Positions 53,783-59,032 of a DNA stretch of 59,032 nucleotides are shown here, in pieces. The notes beneath the pieces are model-generated. The model searched no databases and was not told where the DNA came from. It saw only the letters and a list, made by a program, of their open reading frames with translations. The position numbers and the translations under genes are program-made. Within the stretch, counting starts at the first letter, position 1; each line of letters opens with the position of its first letter. Where the stretch lies: IMG/VR virus record IMGVR_UViG_3300025084_000024, positions 1 through 59,032 of that record, one strand, 5' to 3'. This DNA comes from a virus (taxonomy: Duplodnaviria; Caudoviricetes).

Positions 53783-56197
53783 ATGGTTTATACAAATTAC
53801 AATAGTTCATTTCCAGACCAAGTAGTATCTGATGAAATAAAAAACAGCTACGATTATGGCGTACAAGTTGGACAAGCTATTGAAAATGAATGGTTTAGAC
53901 AAGACACCGGAGGAGATAGGTATTTACAAAATTTTCAAAATTATCATAATTTAAGATTATATGCTAGAGGTGAGCAATCAGTTCAAAAATATAAAGATGA
54001 ATTATCTATAAATGGGGATTTATCCTATTTAAATTTAGATTGGAAAATTGTACCAATTATTCCTAAGTTTGTTGATATTATAGTAAATGGCATGACAGAT
54101 AAAGGCTACGAGATACAAGCTTACGCCTCTGATCCTTTTGCTTTAGAAGAAAGAACACAGTTTGCATTTAATGCTTTAAGGGATATTCAAAATAAAGAAT
54201 ATATAGAAGAATTAAATAAAGCTACAGGGCAAAACTTTTTTTCTAGTTCTCAACCTGAAAAACTACCAGCTTCAAGAGAAGAATTAGATGTTATGTTGCA
54301 ATTAGACTATAAACAAAGCATTGAAATTGCAGAAGAAGAAGCTATAACAAATGTTTTTGATTATAATAAGTATAATGAAATAAAAAGAAGAATTGCATAT
54401 GATTTAGCGGTTTTAGGGATTGGAGCTTCAAAAACAAATTTTAATTTATCAGAGGGAGTTAAAGTAGAGTATGTTGATCCCGCTTCTCTTGTGTACTCAT
54501 ATACAGAAGATCCTAACTTTGATGACATATATTATGTAGGTGAAGTTAAAAATTTAAGCTTATCAGAAGTTAAAAGACAATTTCCTTATTTAACAGATGC
54601 TGATTTAGAAGAAATACAAAAATATAAGGGGCCTAGTAATTATAGCAATTATGTTAGAAATTACAATGGAAACACAGATGATAATTTAGTTTCTATTTTA
54701 TTTTTTGAGTATAAAACTTATAATAATCAAGTTTTTAAATTAAAGTATACAGACCAAGGATTAGAAAAAATATTAGAAAAGCCTGATACATTTAATCCAC
54801 CAGAAAGTGATAACTTTGAAAGAATAAGTAGAAGTATTGAAGTATTATACACCGGAGCAAAAGTTTTAGGAATGCCTAAAGTATTAGAATGGAAAATGTC
54901 AGAAAATATGACACGACCATACGGAGATATTACTAAAGTAAATATGAATTATTCTCTTTGTGCTCCTAGAATGTACAAAGGAAGAATTAGTTCGGTTGTT
55001 GAAAAAATTACAACATTTGCTGATATGATACAACTTACTCATTTAAAATTACAACAGGTTTTATCTAGAGTAGTTCCAGATGGGGTTTATCTTGATATGG
55101 ATGGATTATCTGAAGTAGATTTAGGAAATGGTACTAATTATAATCCAGCAGAAGCACTAAATATGTATTTCCAAACAGGAAGTATAGTTGGTAGATCTTT
55201 AACCCAGGAGGGTGATTTAAATCGTGGTAAAGTGCCTATTCAAGAATTGCAGACATCCAACGGTATGGCTAAAATACAATCCTTAATAACTACATACCAA
55301 TATTATTTACAAATGATCCGCGATGCTACAGGACTAAATGAAGCTGTTGATGCTAGCACTCCTGATAAAAATGCATTGGTTGGATTACAAAAAATTGCAG
55401 CTGCTAATTCTAATACTGCTACAAGACATATATTAAAAGCTTTAATGTATATTACTATAAAAACTGCAGAAAAAGTAGGATTAAGAATTAATGACGCATT
55501 ACAATTTCCTTTAACTAAAAAAGCATTGCTGAGTAGCATTAATACATTTAACGTTAGCACTTTAGAAGAAATACAAAAATTAGATATACATAATTTTGGA
55601 ATATTTTTAGAATTAGAGCCAGACGCCGAAGAGAAAGCGCTATTAGAACAAAATATACAAGTTTCTTTACAGCAAAATGCTTTGAATCTTGAAGATGCTA
55701 TTGATATTCGTGAAATACGAAATATGAAATTAGCTAATCAAGTATTAAAATTAAGAAGAATACAAAGACAAGAGCAACAACAAGCTGCTCAATTAGCTAA
55801 TATACAAGCACAAGCTCAAGCAAATGCTAAAACAGCTGAATCTGCAGCATTGTCAGAAGTACAGAAGCAACAAGCTTTAGCTGATACCAAAGTACAAATT
55901 GAAAAAGCTAAATCTGATTTTGAAATAAATAAAATGGAACAAGAAGCCTTCATTAAAAAACAGTTAATGGCAGAAGAGTTTCAATATAAAATGAAATTAG
56001 CTCAAATACAAGCAGATGCTTTAGCTAATAAAGAAAAGCAAATAGAAGATAGAAAAGACGAAAGAGTAAGAATACAGGGAACACAACAATCTGAACTTAT
56101 TGATCAAAGAAAAAACGACTTATTACCTAAAGATTTTGAGTCAGCAGGTAATGATAGCTTAGGCGGCTTTGGATTAGAGCAATTTGAGCCTAGGTAA
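53783..56197 (+). CDS. Portal protein
   Basis: 804 aa after terL. 'PIIPKFVDIIVNG' and a Gln-rich C-terminal barrel typical of podovirus portals. Confidence 0.88.
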   Translation: MVYTNYNSSFPDQVVSDEIKNSYDYGVQVGQAIENEWFRQDTGGDRYLQNFQNYHNLRLYARGEQSVQKYKDELSINGDLSYLNLDWKIVPIIPKFVDIIVNGMTDKGYEIQAYASDPFALEERTQFAFNALRDIQNKEYIEELNKATGQNFFSSSQPEKLPASREELDVMLQLDYKQSIEIAEEEAITNVFDYNKYNEIKRRIAYDLAVLGIGASKTNFNLSEGVKVEYVDPASLVYSYTEDPNFDDIYYVGEVKNLSLSEVKRQFPYLTDADLEEIQKYKGPSNYSNYVRNYNGNTDDNLVSILFFEYKTYNNQVFKLKYTDQGLEKILEKPDTFNPPESDNFERISRSIEVLYTGAKVLGMPKVLEWKMSENMTRPYGDITKVNMNYSLCAPRMYKGRISSVVEKITTFADMIQLTHLKLQQVLSRVVPDGVYLDMDGLSEVDLGNGTNYNPAEALNMYFQTGSIVGRSLTQEGDLNRGKVPIQELQTSNGMAKIQSLITTYQYYLQMIRDATGLNEAVDASTPDKNALVGLQKIAAANSNTATRHILKALMYITIKTAEKVGLRINDALQFPLTKKALLSSINTFNVSTLEEIQKLDIHNFGIFLELEPDAEEKALLEQNIQVSLQQNALNLEDAIDIREIRNMKLANQVLKLRRIQRQEQQQAAQLANIQAQAQANAKTAESAALSEVQKQQALADTKVQIEKAKSDFEINKMEQEAFIKKQLMAEEFQYKMKLAQIQADALANKEKQIEDRKDERVRIQGTQQSELIDQRKNDLLPKDFESAGNDSLGGFGLEQFEPR

Positions 56198-56228
56198 TTT
56201 TTATTAATTAATTTTATATTATTATATT

Positions 56229-57461
56229 ATGTCAACAGAAGTAAGACAAGAAGGAGAGTTTAAAATGAAAAAGCCCTCTAAGCCAAAAAAACTGGTAGAT
56301 GAAAACAAAATTACAAAAGTTGAATTAAAAGATTCAAAACCAGTTGAACAAATTCCAGATGAAGTTACCAAAGTGGTAATACCTAACGAACCAGAAAATA
56401 AAACTAATGCCGTTCAAACACAAGAGACAGATGATAGCAATGCTGTTGTCAAAGAACCCGAAGACGGTAAAGACAGCGAAGGAGTGGCTGAAGAAGTACG
56501 GGACACCGAAAAAGAAGTAGAGTCCCCTATTAAGCTAGTAACTGAAGATAAAGAAAATAATTCTGAAGATGCTCAAATAGTTAAAAGCAATGAAACTTCT
56601 AATGCTACACAGCAAAAAGAAATATTACCGCAAGAAAAACCACAAGAATTACCTGAAGGTGTAAATAAACTTCTAAAATTCATGGAAGAAACCGGGGGTA
56701 CTGTAGAAGATTATGCTAGGTTGAATGCGGATTATTCTAATGTAGATAATAATACATTATTAAGAGAATATTATAAAACAAGTAGACCTCATTTAGATTC
56801 AGAAGATGTGTCTTTAATATTAGAAGACTTTACATGGGATGAAGAAATTGATGAGGAAAGAGACATACGCAAGAAAAAAATTGCGTTTAAAGAAGAGGTT
56901 GCGAAAGCTAAAAACTTTTTGGAAGAAACTAAAAGTAAATATTACGAGGAAATAAAATTACGTCCTGGTGTTACTCAAGAACAACAAAAAGCAGTAGATT
57001 TTTTCAATCGCTATAATAAAGAACAGCAAAATAAAGAAGTTTATGTAAAACAGTTTCATGAAACTACTGATAATTATTTTTCTAAAAATTTCGAAGGTTT
57101 CGATTTTAATGTAGGAGATAAAAAATTCAGATATGCTATAAAAGATCCTGTTTCTACGGCTAATAACCAGAAAGATTTAACCCAATTCGTTGAGACGTTC
57201 TTAAACGATAAAGGTGAATTACAAGATCCTGGAAATTACCATAAAGCTCTTTATACCGCTAGGAATACTGACCAAGTTGCAAATCATTTTTATGAGCAAG
57301 GCCGTGCCGATGCTATTAAAGAACAAATTGCTAAATCAAAAAACATAACAACGGAACCTAGGCAAACTGCCGCTGGAGAAGTTTTTATCAATGGTTTAAA
57401 AGTTAGGGCTATTAGTGGAGCTGATTCAAGTAAATTAAAAATAAAAAGTAAAAAATTCTAA
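56229..57461 (+). CDS. Scaffolding protein
   Basis: Acidic disordered N-terminus, located between portal and capsid genes. Confidence 0.7.
   Translation: MSTEVRQEGEFKMKKPSKPKKLVDENKITKVELKDSKPVEQIPDEVTKVVIPNEPENKTNAVQTQETDDSNAVVKEPEDGKDSEGVAEEVRDTEKEVESPIKLVTEDKENNSEDAQIVKSNETSNATQQKEILPQEKPQELPEGVNKLLKFMEETGGTVEDYARLNADYSNVDNNTLLREYYKTSRPHLDSEDVSLILEDFTWDEEIDEERDIRKKKIAFKEEVAKAKNFLEETKSKYYEEIKLRPGVTQEQQKAVDFFNRYNKEQQNKEVYVKQFHETTDNYFSKNFEGFDFNVGDKKFRYAIKDPVSTANNQKDLTQFVETFLNDKGELQDPGNYHKALYTARNTDQVANHFYEQGRADAIKEQIAKSKNITTEPRQTAAGEVFINGLKVRAISGADSSKLKIKSKKF
56407..56520 (+). CDS. Overprinted 37-aa basic protein in the +1 frame of the scaffold gene
   Basis: MPFKHKRQMIAMLLSKNPKTVKTAKEWLKKYGTPKKK. 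A-rich start context (AAATAAAACTA-ATG) and a local GC rise. Confidence 0.65.
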   Translation: MPFKHKRQMIAMLLSKNPKTVKTAKEWLKKYGTPKKK

Positions 57462-57482
57462 CTAATTTAAAAAAATTAAAAA

Positions 57483-58922
57483 ATGGCAAATGTTGCACCC
57501 GCTTTTGGCTCGATTAAACCAAGCCAGAAGCAACAAGTACTTATTGACAATTACCTAAGTTTTACGGATGGTACTAATGACTTCGCTCAACAGTATCTAC
57601 CTGAAATTTACGAACAAGAAGTAGAAAGATATGGAAATAGAACTCTTTCTGGTTTCTTGAGAATGGTTGGCGCTGAAATGCCAATGACTTCCGACCAAGT
57701 TGTATGGTCTGAACAAAATAGACTACATGTAGCTTATGACAATGTAACTGTTGCAACAGGTACTACTTTAACATTCGTATTGGATGCTACTGCTGGAGCC
57801 GGTTTTGTTGCAAACGTTATTTCTGCAAATGACACTATTGTCCTTATGGATCCTGCTACAGGAAAAGAACTAAAGTGTTTTGTAGAAACTAGTGTTGATA
57901 CTTCGGCTACTTTGGCTACCCTAACTGTTAAGCCTTATACTCAAGGAGATCTAGTTGCTACTGGTGGTGGTTCTGAAGTTGATTTTACAGGATTAACAAC
58001 TGGTAAGATTTTCGTTTATGGTTCTGAATTTAAAAAAGGAACCGCTGACGGTCGTGAGCGTTCTATCACACCTTCTTTTACTCAATACAACAATTCACCT
58101 ATCATCATTAAAGACAAATTTGCTGTTAACGGTTCTGACGCTGCTCAAATTGGGTGGGTTGAAGTTGCAACTGAAGATGGTACTTCTGGATATTTATGGT
58201 ATTTAAAAGCTGAGTCTGAAACAAGACTACGTTTTGAAGACTACTTAGAAATGGCTGTTGTTGAAGGTGAATTAGTAAGCGGAACTTCTACGTTGACTGT
58301 AAAAGGTACTGAAGGACTTTTTGCTTCTATTCAATCAAGAGGTAATGTTCTTAACAACTTTAGTGGCGGCACTGGTGGACTTACTGAATTTGATAGTGTT
58401 CTAAAAAATCTAGATACTCAAGGCGCTATTGAAGAAAATATGCTTTTTGTAAATAGAAGCCTAGCACTTGATATTGACGGAATGCTAGCTACTGTTTCTG
58501 ACGGCGCTCAAGGTGGTACTGCTTATGGATTGTTTGAAAATTCTGAAGAGATGGCTTTGAATCTTGGATTCAGTGGTTTCCGCAGAGGATCTTACGATTT
58601 TTATAAGACAGATTGGAAATATCTAAATGATGCTTCCACAAGAGGTGCAGTAGCAGTTTCTGGTATTGAAGGAGTTTTGATTCCTGCAGGTACTTCAACT
58701 GTTTATGACCAAATTTTGGGAACTAACATCCGTAGACCTTTCTTGCACGTAAGGTATAGAGCTTCTCAGGCTGATGATCGAAGAATGAAATCTTGGATTA
58801 CTGGTTCTGTTGGAGGTGCTTATACTTCAGCGCTTGATGCTATGGAGGTACACTTCCTATCTGAAAGATGTCTTGTTACTCAAGGTGCTAACAATTTCGT
58901 ATTGTTTACAGCTTCTGCATAG
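57483..58922 (+). CDS. Major capsid protein
   Basis: 479 aa after the scaffold gene, highly-expressed codon bias, 'GTEGLFASI', strong terminator downstream. Confidence 0.88.
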   Translation: MANVAPAFGSIKPSQKQQVLIDNYLSFTDGTNDFAQQYLPEIYEQEVERYGNRTLSGFLRMVGAEMPMTSDQVVWSEQNRLHVAYDNVTVATGTTLTFVLDATAGAGFVANVISANDTIVLMDPATGKELKCFVETSVDTSATLATLTVKPYTQGDLVATGGGSEVDFTGLTTGKIFVYGSEFKKGTADGRERSITPSFTQYNNSPIIIKDKFAVNGSDAAQIGWVEVATEDGTSGYLWYLKAESETRLRFEDYLEMAVVEGELVSGTSTLTVKGTEGLFASIQSRGNVLNNFSGGTGGLTEFDSVLKNLDTQGAIEENMLFVNRSLALDIDGMLATVSDGAQGGTAYGLFENSEEMALNLGFSGFRRGSYDFYKTDWKYLNDASTRGAVAVSGIEGVLIPAGTSTVYDQILGTNIRRPFLHVRYRASQADDRRMKSWITGSVGGAYTSALDAMEVHFLSERCLVTQGANNFVLFTASA

Positions 58923-59032
58923 ACTATTATTGTAAGGATAAGGGGTATCATAGTGGTGCCCCTTACTTTACATTTTTATTAATTATTTAATTATATTATA
59001 TCATGGCTAAAAAAACTAACTCCGCAGTAGAA
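58890..59032. repeat. Terminal direct repeat / circular overlap, right copy
   Basis: Matches 1..143 with 2 mismatches. Confidence 0.97.

Noticed and set aside
1-59032. Prophage or alternative genetic code
   Set aside because: No host genes, integrase or att sites. Long ORFs are intact under code 11 with all three stop codons used.

Overview
The window is an apparently complete, circularly permuted ~58.9-kb AT-rich dsDNA tailed-phage genome. Its ends overlap by 143 bp (1..143 = 58890..59032, 2 mismatches). The virion module is podovirus-like, and the host is most likely Bacteroidota/Flavobacteriia (no Shine-Dalgarno, A-rich start contexts, Bacteroidota-style signal peptides; inference). There are two arms. 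The + arm (35.4 kb -> end -> 18.9 kb) carries fibres, GroEL/GroES, small basic proteins, holin, terminase, portal, scaffold, capsid, tail, ejection proteins and an M15 endolysin. The - arm (35.1 -> 18.9 kb) carries tiny early genes, a DnaA-domain-IV protein, an HTH/Rep-like protein, a sigma factor, ERF, exonuclease, SSB, primase-helicase, a ThyA-like enzyme, MazG-like proteins, endonuclease I and RNR. I recognised no DNA polymerase, integrase, tRNA or CRISPR. Main observations: (1) a -1 frameshift cassette (in-frame G GGA AAG plus H-type pseudoknot) at codons 46-48 of the 2230-aa ejection protein gene, giving an 80-aa alternative product; (2) a sigma-70 region-2-like domain inside that virion protein, together with nine fixed-spacing early promoter-like repeats and a second promoter class next to the free sigma gene, suggesting an injected-sigma cascade; (3) a thymidylate synthase with Asp at the Asn177 specificity position beside two NTP pyrophosphatases, a candidate 5-methylcytosine pathway; (4) three ~50-bp quasi-palindromic operators/origins; (5) an overprinted gene in the scaffold ORF; (6) paired fibre/tip docking modules; (7) a 69-nt structured RNA candidate. 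All protein family calls come from motif recognition by eye, not from database searches.
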